A stretch of DNA of 63,908 nucleotides, counting the filler, from Olpidium bornovanus S191 (lineage: Eukaryota; Fungi; Olpidiomycota), in assembly GCA_017911155.1 (NCBI GenBank). It is 25 parts of 25 records of this genome, joined end to end, with 100 filler letters (N's around TTAATTAATTAA, not from the genome) between each part and the next. Parts side by side here need not be neighbours in the genome. Positions count along the whole stretch, not along the records: positions 8,722 to 11,234 come from JAEFCI010010403.1; positions 11,335 to 14,905 come from JAEFCI010007186.1; positions 15,006 to 16,481 come from JAEFCI010005469.1; positions 16,582 to 19,722 come from JAEFCI010010951.1; 21 more parts are not named here. One strand, given 5' to 3'. Below, one piece after another: positions 8,812 through 19,822 of the stretch (positions within the stretch are counted from its first letter, which is position 1; every line of letters starts with the position of its first letter). The position numbers and the translations under genes are program-made. Under the pieces are notes generated by a model that saw nothing but the letters and a program-made list of their open reading frames with translations, ran no database searches and was not told where the DNA came from.

Positions 8812-11170
8812 ATGTTTACGCCGCGGCCGTCGTCGTCCCGGCCGTCGTCGTCCCGGCCGCAACGAGGAGGAGCGCCCGCTTCCGCTCGCAGCCACGCTGT
8901 TCTCGGCGCAGACCCGTCGTCCCCAGCGGCGCCGCCGTCGCGACTCCATTTCACATGCCCCGCGCCCCCGCTCGCCGCCCAGCAGCTGCCCGCGTCCGCG
9001 GGGTCGCCCGTGCCGCACCCCTCGTTTTTCCCCCCGCCGGTCGCAGCCGGCTCGTCGGCCGCGCTCGCCGCGCCGCCTGATTCCTTTTCCGCGCCGCTCT
9101 TTGCTGCCCAGCTTTTTTCGCCCGAGGCGAGCGGTGCCGATGGACAGTTTACCGACCTCCCGACCATCAGGAGCGCGGCCCAGACCGCGGCGCGCGGACG
9201 GAATCAAGGGCAAGACGTTTGTGCGGAGGACGCGCTCCGCCGGCCGTCGCTCTACGCAAGGCCGGCGCAAGGGGCTGGCGCGCTGCAGAGCTTTGGAGCG
9301 TTTGATTGCGGCTCCGACGAATTCAGGTCCAGGCGTACCACCAGACGAAATGTGGGCCACAGGAACGCCGGCCTATTAGTCAAGGATGAGTTCCACGCCG
9401 TCTCACTGCTTGGCCAGTTGCCCCGCGAGGTTTCTAACGTTTTCAAGACGGCCGAAGGTGAGACGAAACTCCGAGGAAATTCAGCTGCGGACCGCAAGCG
9501 AAACCAACCCAGCATGAAACGATTCAAGGTCCCGCTCGGTAAACGGAGCATGGCAGGCTTGGGAACTTTGCCCTAACTCTCTGCCTTACTCTTTGTTCTC
9601 CCGTAGCGTGCTCTGAACTCTACGCAAAGATCGACGTCGCGGTCGGTTATGCGATGCTTGTCACCAGGTCCAACTGCTTTGTCTGGCCGTATCAGAAGGT
9701 TTGCAGATCCTTTGTCCCTGGCTTCGTACGTTGGGCCCTATATTCGCTTGCGCTGACATGAAACAACAGAAACTTTTGGCCCTTCCCGCAGTTTCCTATA
9801 CATTTGAGGCGCCGCCCTCAGCCGTGGATGACGCGAACGCGGACGACTCGCTCCCACTCGCCGATTTCGTGAGCTCGGACGGGCAGCGGGAGCCGGGCCT
9901 GCTGATTGTCTCGCAAACTGGGGAATGCCGGTACTGGGAGCTCGTCTCGTTGGCCGTGTCGGGCACCGAGCGGTGCCTGACAATGCAGATTCATCTGGGG
10001 ACCGAGGATCAGCGCGGTCCCCGCCTGCTCCACGCTGAGGTGCGCCTGAACCGTGAACTGCCAAAAAAGGCCCATTCCGCGCTGCACCATGAATTTATCT
10101 TGTAGTTGCAAGCCTGACCGTGCACGTCCTGTTCCCTTCCGTGCTTAATCCACATACGACAAGCCCTGCGGCTTCATCCTCTCGACGAACTCAGGTCACC
10201 TGTACCGTATCTCGCTAGTCAACGCGAACGGACAGTCCGCGCTGTCGTACACGGCCTTATCTCGCCCTCGTAACATGCTGACCCGCTTCACGTCGATCCT
10301 GGCCGGCCCCATCGTCTCATCTTCCGGTGATACGGCGGACGACAACCTGGTTGTTGCGCTTGTGGCTGGTGACAGCCCCGACGGGAAACAGTCCAGGGAG
10401 GTCTTTGCCGTCACGAGAAAGTTGGTGCAGAAATGGATCGTATGTAAATCTTCGCAGGAGAAGGTGTGGGCGACGTAATCGTGCTTTTTCGCGATGTGAT
10501 TTGGCTAGGCAAGGGAATAGTCTAATCGCTGATTTGGTTCGCCTTCTAGTTTTTGTTCTCTAAGGATTTCTCGGAAGAGGTCGAAAGTAGGATCAAAGCA
10601 GATCTCACCGAAGAAGGTGACTTGAACATAAAGGTCCATGACGCCGATTTTACCAGGTAGAAATTAAATGAGCAGTTTATCTCGCTTACAAACTTATTGT
10701 TGACGTGTGCGTTTTGGCATAGAACGTGCCACCTGGCCATCCTCGTTTCCTTTTGTAGCTCCGAGGAGGACTCGCGCCGATTGTGCATCCTATTTGGAAA
10801 CCCCACGCCAACGGAATTTTTCGTCGCTGCGGCTTTTTACCCACGGTTTGACCGGGCCGCTGACGACCTTCGAGGCCATGAGCCGCGCTTAGCGCTATGC
10901 GGCGGCGGGCCCGCGGCGTTCGTGTTTCTCCCCGACAGCGGCACCCTCCTCGCCACGGTCCTGCCGCTACACTCGCCAAGCAGCACACCGCTCTTCGATG
11001 AGGCGCAGATGTTCAAGGGCGGCCTTGCCGGGTTCGGCACGGACTGCTGGCGTGGTGGGATCCGTGCTCGCGATTTCGTGTCCGCCGGCGAGGCTGTTGT
11101 GCTAGTTCCCAGCCATGGACTCGTTGATGTGGAAGTTAACGTCGCGATGGTATTGAAGGAAGGCAAGAAG
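8812..11170 (+). CDS. NUP133: Nucleoporin Nup133, N-terminal beta-propeller region, spliced, 3'-truncated
   Basis: Disordered N-terminus, then KIDVAVGYAMLVTRSNCFVWPY, LPLADFV...EPGLLIVSQTGECRYWE, GFILSTNSGHLYRISL and later exons matching the fungal Nup133 N-terminal pattern (recognised by eye). Confidence 0.8.
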
Positions 11171-11334
11171 TAAGGCCAACTTCGCGGTACCGTTGCTCTT
11201 GGGAAACACTGGGACCGTTACGTATGATTATTGGNNNNNNNNNNNNNNNNNNNNNNNNNNNNNNNNNNNNNNNNNNNNTTAATTAATTAANNNNNNNNNN
11301 NNNNNNNNNNNNNNNNNNNNNNNNNNNNNNNNNN

Positions 11335-11930
11335 CATGTAACGCGGTAGCGGTAAAGGGGGAATTTGGCGGTAATCGCGTGGACAATAGCGTCGGAAGTG
11401 AACGAAGTGGGCACACCGAGCTCGGCGAACCACTTCGGCGCATCCTCGAGTTCCTTCCAGCAGTGATTGTAGACGGCGGACGTTTGAGAGTCGCAATCGA
11501 GCTTGGCGTGCACCATCTTATTCCACGATGGGCTGCGCGGGGTGTGTGCGCGTGTTTGCGTTATTTTCGCCTTCTTCCCCCCCCCCCCAATCACCATACA
11601 CACACACGCGCAAAGTTAACAAAGGCAAACTTCTCGTTTCGCGAAAACGTAGACAGAGCCCGTCCGAAAGGAAAAGGACGGGGGGTGGGCCGTACGGTGA
11701 TGATCGGCCCGGGCTCCAGCAGAGACACGCTGACGGCGAGCGGGGCCACCTCGCGCCGCAGTCCGTCGGCGAGGGACTCCATCGCTTGCTTGGTCATCGA
11801 ATACGGGGCGGGGTGGGTGGAGATCCCTGTGACGCTCCCGGCGATGACGACGCCCCCCCGGGCCTCCCGGATCATCGGCAAGAAGGCCTTCACGGTCCTG
11901 AGGGCCCCGAACAGCCTCCTCCCTCAGGCC
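11335..11930 (-). CDS. Short-chain dehydrogenase/reductase (classical SDR), central and C-terminal exons; 5' exons unclear (possibly up to about 12300)
   Basis: LFGALRTVKAFLPMIREARGGVVIAGSVTG...PYSMTKQAMESLADGLRREVAPLAVSVSLLEPGPIIT contains the catalytic Ser and YxxxK; next exon ...DAIVHAITAKFPLYRYRV. Confidence 0.8.
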
Positions 11931-12506
11931 CGCAGGGCGTGGGGGTGGGCTTCGCCGCGCGGCGCGGGGTGGGTACGATTCGCCTTTTTCCGTCGTCGAA
12001 CGAAAAAAAAAAAAAAAAGGAAAGGGGGGAAATTTTCTTCTTTCGTCCCGCGGGGGCGCGGGCGTGTTGTTGCATGGCTTATCACGTGACCTGACGTTCT
12101 GTGTAACGCCACACCTGATCTGCCGCACCCGGGGCGACCGGGCGCCTTCCTCCCCCACCCGGACGCCGCCGCGATAACCCCGCCACCCGCAAACAAAACA
12201 CACTCAGACGCGCACGCCCACACACACGCGCGCGCGCGCGCGCAAACGAAGGCCCCCCGGGCGACGAGCGCGCCACGCCACCCAGTCCTGATGGCGTGCC
12301 CGTCGGAGGTAAAGGAGGGCGGCTGGGGTTTGAGGTGCCCCGTTGAGTGCGGGACGCGGCGTGTGTGCCCGGCACTCGCCCGGAGAACAGCGTGAAAGGC
12401 CCTCGCCGTTACAGACCCTCAAGCGTTTTCGGCCTGCTGACCACCGCCCTCTCCACTCCCCAACCCCCGCCCCTTCTCCATTGGCGACGCTCTCTCCTGC
12501 AACGCA

Positions 12507-14468
12507 ATGCCTCACAAGATACTCGACTTTAAGCCCTCGGTCGAAGATGTTATCGCAGCCGTTGCTTCGCAGCAGGGCGCGAACACCGTGCCCGTGTACG
12601 CAGAGATGCCGGCAGACCGGCTCACCCCGGTCCAGGCATACCTGCGATTGTCGGGCGGGGCGGAGAGCGAGAGCTTCCTGCTCGAGTCGGTCGCGGGGGG
12701 GGAGAAGATCGGGCGGTACTCGTTCGTCGGGGCAGGTGCGGCGGAAATGCGGTGAATGGTTCCCACGTTTGCCCGTCGTACGTCGCGTGCTGCGGCTTAG
12801 CGCCTTCCCCCCCCCCCCCCCCCCCCCCCCCGCCGCCCCCCGCCCCCCCCCCCCCGCACGCCCGGGACGGCATCGTCTGTCGATTCTTTTGGCACTTTCC
12901 AGACCCGTACAAGTCTTTGCGGACGGGAGACGCGGAGAAGGTAAAAGGGGACCCGCTGGACGCGTTGGAGACGGAACTCGCTCGCGTCAAGTATGCCGCG
13001 GTACCGGGCCTACCCCACTTTTCGGGTATAGTTTACACGGAAAAAGCACGAGTGGCGCGGGAAGCGGTTCTGCAGATGAGCTAAACGGACACTTGCGCAC
13101 CATTTTTGTTTTTGATTTCCTTTTCTTTTTTTTGTTCTGTCTTGTTTTGGGAGCACAGGCGGTGCGGTCGGTTTCATCGCGTACGACTGCGCGAAGTACT
13201 TCGAGCCACGGACTGCACGAGAGCTGCGCGATCCCTTCGGGATGCCGGAGAGCCACTTCCTTTTATGCGACACGCTCGTGGTGTTCGACCACTTGTACCA
13301 GCTGGTGAAGATCGTTTCTCATGTGCGACTGCCAGACGATTTGCCGTCTCCCATTGCGGAGGCGGTGAATGCCGAGTACGAGAGGATTTGCCAGCACATC
13401 AAGACCGTGGCCCAGACGCTGCTGAACGCACAGGACTTCCTGCCTAAACAGCCGCCGGTGGTGCTGGGTTACGAGCCAACGTCGAACACGGGGGAGGAGG
13501 GCTACGAAAGGTTCGTGCGGGTGCTAAAGGCGCGCATTGTGGACGGAGATATCATCCAGGCGGTCCCGTCGCAGCGCCTGGCACGCCCGACGACTTTGCA
13601 CCCGTTTAACGTGTACCGCCAGCTGCGGACGGTGAACCCGTCGCCGTACATGTTCTACATCAACTACCGCGCGTACCAGCTGGTGGGCGCGTCGCCGGAG
13701 ATGATGGCCAGAGTGGAGCAAGACACCGTGTACACGCGCCCAATCGCGGGCACGCGGCGAAGGGGAGCGACGAAAGAGGAGGATGACGCGCTGGAGGCGG
13801 ACCTTTTGGCAGATGTAAAGGAGCGCGCGGAACATGTCATGCTGGTCGACTTGGGCCGCAACGACATCAACCGGGTGTGCCGGCCCGAGACCGTGCGCGT
13901 TGACTCGCTGATGAAGGTCGAGCGGTACTCCCACGTCATGCACATCGTCAGCAACGTCAAAGGCCGCCTCCGCCCCGGCAAGACGGCGTTCGACGCGTTC
14001 CGGAGCATTTTCCCCGCAGGGACGGTCTCCGGGGCGCCCAAGGTGCGCGCCATGGAGCTCATCGCCGAGCTCGAAGGGGAAAAGAGGGGCGTGTACGCCG
14101 GCGCCGTCGGTCACTTCAGCTTCAACGGTAAAGTTTCTGGCGGCGACGCCGAGGCACTCCGGAGCGCCCCTCGTGCTCGCTTTTTCTGTCCCGCGTCTCA
14201 GACGACGCCGGTCAACGGGGCATAACTGATGTCGGTTTTTGCTCCATCTCCAATAAAAAAAATTTCAACGGCAGGCGACATGGACACCTGCATCGCCATC
14301 CGTACAATGCTCTTCAAGGACGGCGTCGCGTACCTCCAGGCCGGGGCAGGCATCGTGCACGACTCAGTGCCCGAGACCGAGTACGAGGAGACGCTGTCGA
14401 AGCTCCAGTCAAACGTAACCGCCATCGCGAAGGCCGAAGAGCGATATCACAAGCTTCAAAACATGTAA
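12507..14468 (+). CDS. TRP2: Anthranilate synthase component I, complete, spliced
   Basis: [108 protein letters not shown]; TAA stop at 14466-14468; three GT-AG introns. Confidence 0.97.
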
Positions 14469-14717
14469 CGCCCGGCCAAGTTGCGCTCCCCTCCCCGCGT
14501 TCTTGTCTTTAAATCAGCTCGACCGACAACCGCACTCTTGTACCTTTTACACGTTTGCATCTGAAACGGTGAAAAATATCAAGCCCGGCGAGAGCCGGCG
14601 CTTCCACGTGCTGCATTGGCCGGCCGAGAACGCCGCCGCATTTCGGGTGAAAGTTATCACGACTCGCACCTTCCCGTCCTCCCGGACCTCCCCCATCGGA
14701 CGTTTTTGTGCGCCGCG

Positions 14718-14763
<46 letters not shown>

Positions 14764-16432
14764 GACAGCTCTTTTCGCATAAAACGAAACCACTCCCTGT
14801 CCGCTGGCCACATCGGCATGCTGTCCGACCTCTCCGCTGTTTTTTGAAAAAATCGAATCCTGTGGAATTAAAATAACGTGAATGGGGGGTGCGGCGGGAA
14901 GGGGGNNNNNNNNNNNNNNNNNNNNNNNNNNNNNNNNNNNNNNNNNNNNTTAATTAATTAANNNNNNNNNNNNNNNNNNNNNNNNNNNNNNNNNNNNNNN
15001 NNNNNGGGAGGGGGGGGGGGGGGGGGGGGGGGGGGAAAGGAGGGAAGGGCTGAACGCAGAGCCTGCGTGCGCGCGCGAGCGCGCTTTTCACTAAGCCCCA
15101 GGGGTTGACAATTTCCTGCGTGCCCCGGCTGCTGGCCGACTGAGAACCGCTTTTACGAGTCGCTCTGATTGCTCGCTCGCTCGCTCTCCTTCGTCCCCTT
15201 AGTCTCAGTGCTCCGTCCACGCCCGGGGCTGGCGGAGGGGAGGATTTGACCGCCTTCCCCCGCCGGCCGCGAAAGTTGACCGGGCGGCTTTTGCCGTCGC
15301 GGGATTCTTCTGCCTTGCTTCGCAACTCTCACGTTCCCGCCCGCCGCTGCGCTTTTCCTCCGAAAGTCGGCTGCTTGGCTCTGGGGAACCCCACGCTCTC
15401 CCGGACGATGGACAGCCCCACGCCAGGGCTTGCCTCGTTATGCTCGAACGGGGTTGCCTGCTCGCTCCCCTCGAAACAACCGGCCTCGCCCATTGCTTCG
15501 CTGGACGCCTGAGGCGTGGCAGACGGCTCTATCCGTCCTGTCCTTCTCATGCACGCGACCAACCGGTGCTCGCGTTGCTAACCGCCCCACGCCCCGTTCG
15601 CTGCTTAATCGCCGTCATTCTTGCCGCCCTCTTTCCAGTTTCCGTGGAGTCCGCTGACGGGCCGTTGCGTCGAATGAAATGTTACCGGCTATCAAGAAGG
15701 AGTCGCCACCAGTTCTGCAGAACCTAGGGCTGGCCGGAGGACATTTTTTTTTTATACCTTCGGGGCGACCGACCCGGTGTTGCGGTGGCTGAGGACCTCT
15801 GCGATGCCCGTTTCGTGCTGTGGTACCGAAACCAAAATCCTGCTCTCTCAGGTGCCAAGGCAGACGCCGCTGACGCCACGAACCGCGAGCAGTGTGCTCG
15901 CCACAGCCCTCTTCTCGGACATCTTACAAGAAATCGCCTTTCCGACCCAACCTAAAGCAAAGCCGGTTCACCGACGACGAGGTCTGCTTCGCAGCAGAGG
16001 AACACGAAACGAGCTGACGAATGGAGCAGCCGCGACTGTCCAACACGGCACACGCAGAAAGGTGGGCCGACCGCAAAAACCGGCGCATAAACGGATGCTT
16101 TGGATCTGTCTATAGGCGACAAATCCGGCTTGCCGATGGGGTAACGTTCCTAAGTCCCAACCCCCCCCCCCACCCCAAGCGGCCCGCTGTTCGCATTGGC
16201 CTGCGGGTCCGAACGTGGTCCACTACTCCGGGGAGAGCGGGGCGGTTAGCCTCGGGGGCTGTTTAGGGACGCGAGTTTCCCCCGTTTCGGGTTCGCCGTC
16301 CAGAGGCGTAATAGTGTGCGCAGTTCTCAATTTCCCCTCACCGTGCCCCCTTCCCCCCCCCCCCCCTCTTTCCTTCTCCGCCCCCCTCTCCGGCCCCGCG
16401 CAGGTGAGGGGGGAGGGGAGAAGGGGGAGCCC

Positions 16433-16481
<49 letters not shown>

Positions 16482-16581
16482 NNNNNNNNNNNNNNNNNNN
16501 NNNNNNNNNNNNNNNNNNNNNNNNNTTAATTAATTAANNNNNNNNNNNNNNNNNNNNNNNNNNNNNNNNNNNNNNNNNNNN

Positions 16582-16633
<52 letters not shown>

Positions 16634-16885
16634 CCGGAATATATAATAAAACCACAGGCAAACAAAACAAAACCCGCCTTCCCACCTTCTCCTCCCCCCC
16701 CCTCCCGAATACAATCAAAACAAAAAAAAAAAAAAGTTTCTTTTTCGCCCTCTCTTTCTTCCTTTTCGGCTCGGCTTCAACCACACACTTTTTTGGTTTC
16801 TCTCTCTCTCTCTCCCCCTCCCTCTCTCTCCCCCTCTCCTCCAATTGGCCACGCGCGCTCGCCGGCCCTCGGCGACAGTCGGCCC

Positions 16886-19126
16886 ATGAAGCCCCGCGCC
16901 GCCCGCCTGCTCCTCCGACGAGCCGCCGCCGCCGCCGCCGCCGTCTTCGCCCTCGTGGCGGCGCCCGCGGCCGCCTCCTCCTCCTCCTCCTCCGCGGAAC
17001 AAGAAGACCTTCCCGCCGTGACGACCTTCCTCTACGAGGACAGCCCGCGGCCCGTGGACTTCGACCACCCTTCGCTGCTCCGCCTGGTTTCTCCGGAGCT
17101 CAGGTCCCGCTTCGCCGACGCCGACCCCGACCCCGACCCCGACAGCCCCGCCGGCAGATACGTGCGGAGGACCGCCGAGGCCGTCGCGCGCGCCGTCCAG
17201 CTCCGCAGCCCCGACCTGCTCCGCGACGAGTTCGAGGCCTGCTTCTGCTCCGGCCTCCTCAACTCCCAGTCGCTCGCGCTGCTCCGCTGCGGCCACGTCC
17301 TGCACGAGCCGTGCTTCCTGGCCCTGAAGTGGCCCCGCGTCTGCCCCAAGTGCCGCGACCCCGGCCCCCACGAGAACCGCGACCGCCCCGCCTTCCTCCG
17401 CGCCGCCCTGGCCTTCTTCGAGTCGGCCGGCTGGCTGCCGCCCCCGAGGATGTACCTGGACAGCCCCGAGCCCGTCGACCTCGACGACGGCGACCTGGCC
17501 GACTTCCTGCGCCGCGCCGACCGCGTCCGCCGGCTCGAAGGCCTCGCCGGCACGCCCGCGGACTCGGAAACCCTGCGCGCGCTGTCGATGCGGAGCCTCC
17601 ACGGCATCTACAAGCTGCTGGCCTGCCCCGTCTGCGTCCAGCACCTCAACTCCGCGACCGCCGTCACGCCCCCGTGCGGCCACCTCGCCCACGCCGCCTG
17701 CCGCCGCCTCGCCCTGATCGGCTCCATCGGCAGCTGCCGCCTCTGCCGCCCATCGCGGCCCGGGAACCCGGCGTGGCTGGGCGACGGCGTCTTCCGCAGC
17801 GCGCTGGAGGTGTTCGAGCGCAAGGGGTGGATCGCGATGCCGAGGCTCCACATACGGAGCCCGCTCCCTCTGGACTTGGGCGACCACCGTCTGGCCGCTT
17901 TCTCCCGCCGAGCCCTCGCCGCCGAGGCCGCCGCCGAGGCCGCCGCCGCCGGCCCCGCTCCTCCGGAGACCGCCCGCCCCGGCGACGGCGGCCCCGGCGG
18001 CTTGGTCGGATCGCGCCTCGGCCCCGAGGCCGGCGACCCCGGCCCGGCGGCGGCGGCGGCGGCCGGCCCCGAATGCTCCCTCCCGGCCGAGCTCGCCGGC
18101 GGCGGCGCGAACCGCTGGTCGGCCGCGGGCCTGGCCCGGGCCGTGGAACGCGCCGATTTCGACGCATTCCAGCAGGCAATCACCTGCCGCAACTGCGACG
18201 AGCCCCTGGATTCCGCGACGGTCGTCACCCTCCGCTGCGGGCACGCGACGCACGACGCGTGCTCCCGGCGGGTGGAGCCCTGCGCGCTGTGCCCCCGCGA
18301 GGGGCCGGCCCGGCGGCGCCGCCGGCCGTCCCTCCTGCGCGACATGCTGCGGCTTTTCGAAGACCGGCAGTGGCTCCCCGCGCCGCCGGCGGAAGCGCAG
18401 CCGCGCGAGGTCGGCGGCCTGTCCGGCGTCGACTTCGACGACCCGGACCTGCTCGCCCTCGCCCGCGCGCACCGGGGGCTCCCGCTCCTGCAGGTCGGCC
18501 GGGAGATCGCGGAGGCCGTGAGCGGCGCCGATCTCCCCGCGCTTGCCGACGCCCTGGAGTGCCCCTGGTGCTTCGAGCCGGTCCTCTCCGACACTTTGGA
18601 GCAGATGGAGTGCGGGCACGTCGCCCACCGGGACTGCCTCCCTTTCGACCGCTCGTGCCCCGTCTGCGCCGGCTCCTCCGCGTGCCGCGCGGACCCGGCG
18701 CTGCTCCGCCTGGACCACGGGTTCGTCGAGCAGACGCTGCGGCTGCTGGAGCGGAAAGGGTGGATCGTCCCGCCCCCGGACGGCGCCGGCGACACGTTCG
18801 AGCTGGCCCCGGCCGGCGTCGACATGTTCGAGCTCGTCCCGGCCGGCGTCAGCTTTTTCGATCTGGGCCCCGCGTTCGCGCCGCGCCGGACGGGCGACGA
18901 CGAGCCCCGCTCCTTCTTCGACCGGGAGGCGGAAACCGGCCCCGCCGCCGCGCTCCTCGACATGGGTCGCCGGCTCGCGAACCAGCTGCGCACCGAGTTG
19001 CGGTTCTCGCGGCGCGAAGGCGGCGGCGAGTCGTTCCCGGCCTCCGCCGACTCGCCGCGGAGCAGCAGCCCCGCAGACAGCCCGCTCGCGTCCGTGACGC
19101 CGTCGTACCCCGACTACGGCTTTTGA
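16886..19126 (+). CDS. Intronless 746-aa protein: predicted signal peptide plus four tandem RING-H2 modules (candidate secreted E3 ligase)
   Basis: ATG at 16886 to TGA at 19124-19126. N-terminus MKPRAARLLLRRAAAAAAAVFALVAAPAAA-S. Four C..C-x-CGHxxHxxC-x-CxxC motifs at about 17240-17353, 17624-17746, 18185-18292 and 18560-18667. Strong G/C bias at third codon positions in this frame. Confidence 0.88.
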   Translation: MKPRAARLLLRRAAAAAAAVFALVAAPAAASSSSSSAEQEDLPAVTTFLYEDSPRPVDFDHPSLLRLVSPELRSRFADADPDPDPDSPAGRYVRRTAEAVARAVQLRSPDLLRDEFEACFCSGLLNSQSLALLRCGHVLHEPCFLALKWPRVCPKCRDPGPHENRDRPAFLRAALAFFESAGWLPPPRMYLDSPEPVDLDDGDLADFLRRADRVRRLEGLAGTPADSETLRALSMRSLHGIYKLLACPVCVQHLNSATAVTPPCGHLAHAACRRLALIGSIGSCRLCRPSRPGNPAWLGDGVFRSALEVFERKGWIAMPRLHIRSPLPLDLGDHRLAAFSRRALAAEAAAEAAAAGPAPPETARPGDGGPGGLVGSRLGPEAGDPGPAAAAAAGPECSLPAELAGGGANRWSAAGLARAVERADFDAFQQAITCRNCDEPLDSATVVTLRCGHATHDACSRRVEPCALCPREGPARRRRRPSLLRDMLRLFEDRQWLPAPPAEAQPREVGGLSGVDFDDPDLLALARAHRGLPLLQVGREIAEAVSGADLPALADALECPWCFEPVLSDTLEQMECGHVAHRDCLPFDRSCPVCAGSSACRADPALLRLDHGFVEQTLRLLERKGWIVPPPDGAGDTFELAPAGVDMFELVPAGVSFFDLGPAFAPRRTGDDEPRSFFDREAETGPAAALLDMGRRLANQLRTELRFSRREGGGESFPASADSPRSSSPADSPLASVTPSYPDYGF

Positions 19127-19141
19127 TAGATTTTTCCCACG

Positions 19142-19230
<89 letters not shown>

Positions 19231-19822
19231 CGGCCCCCCCCCCCCCCCCCCCCCTTTTTTTTTTTTTTTTTCCCCCCCCCCCCCCCCCCCCCCCCCCTTC
19301 CCCGCCCCTCCTCCCTTCTCTCCCTTTCCTCACCCCCTCCGCCCCCCGCGCGCGTCTTGTAAAGGGAGCGCGCGCGCGCCCCGGGGGGCGCGGGGAGGGG
19401 CGCCAACCGGCCTCCCCCTCTCCGCGAATATATAGAATCCTCTCCAAGGTTTACATAGACAGAAACCGATCCTTCTCCCCTCCTTCCCCCCGCGCCGCCC
19501 CCTCAACCATAACCTTAGATTTTAGATAAAATAAAAAAAAAGTAGAAATTAGAGAGAGCGGCGGACGCCGGCCGAAGAAAAAGCTGGCGGGGGAGCGGGG
19601 CGGGGGGGAAGGGGGGGGGGGGGGGGGGGGAAAAATGTGTGCTGCCCCCCCTCCTCGGTCACGTGGCGCCCACGGCCAGAGGACAGCGCGAAATTGCCGA
19701 CACCGCGTTCATACAAAGAGCGNNNNNNNNNNNNNNNNNNNNNNNNNNNNNNNNNNNNNNNNNNNNTTAATTAATTAANNNNNNNNNNNNNNNNNNNNNN
19801 NNNNNNNNNNNNNNNNNNNNNN

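Noticed and set aside
15006-16481. Several short ORFs as genes
   Set aside because: No recognisable domains or consistent exon chain.
16886-16980. Twin-arginine (Tat)-like signal suggesting an actinobacterial contaminant
   Set aside because: No S/T-R-R-x-F-L consensus, the cargo is eukaryote-type RING-H2, and the flanks carry the same homopolymer and (CT)n tracts as the fungal contigs.
16715-19447. 910-aa minus-strand ORF, and the 683-aa and 461-aa overlapping ORFs
   Set aside because: Shadow frames of the GC3-biased multi-RING gene, extended through poly-G/C tracts; no domains of their own.
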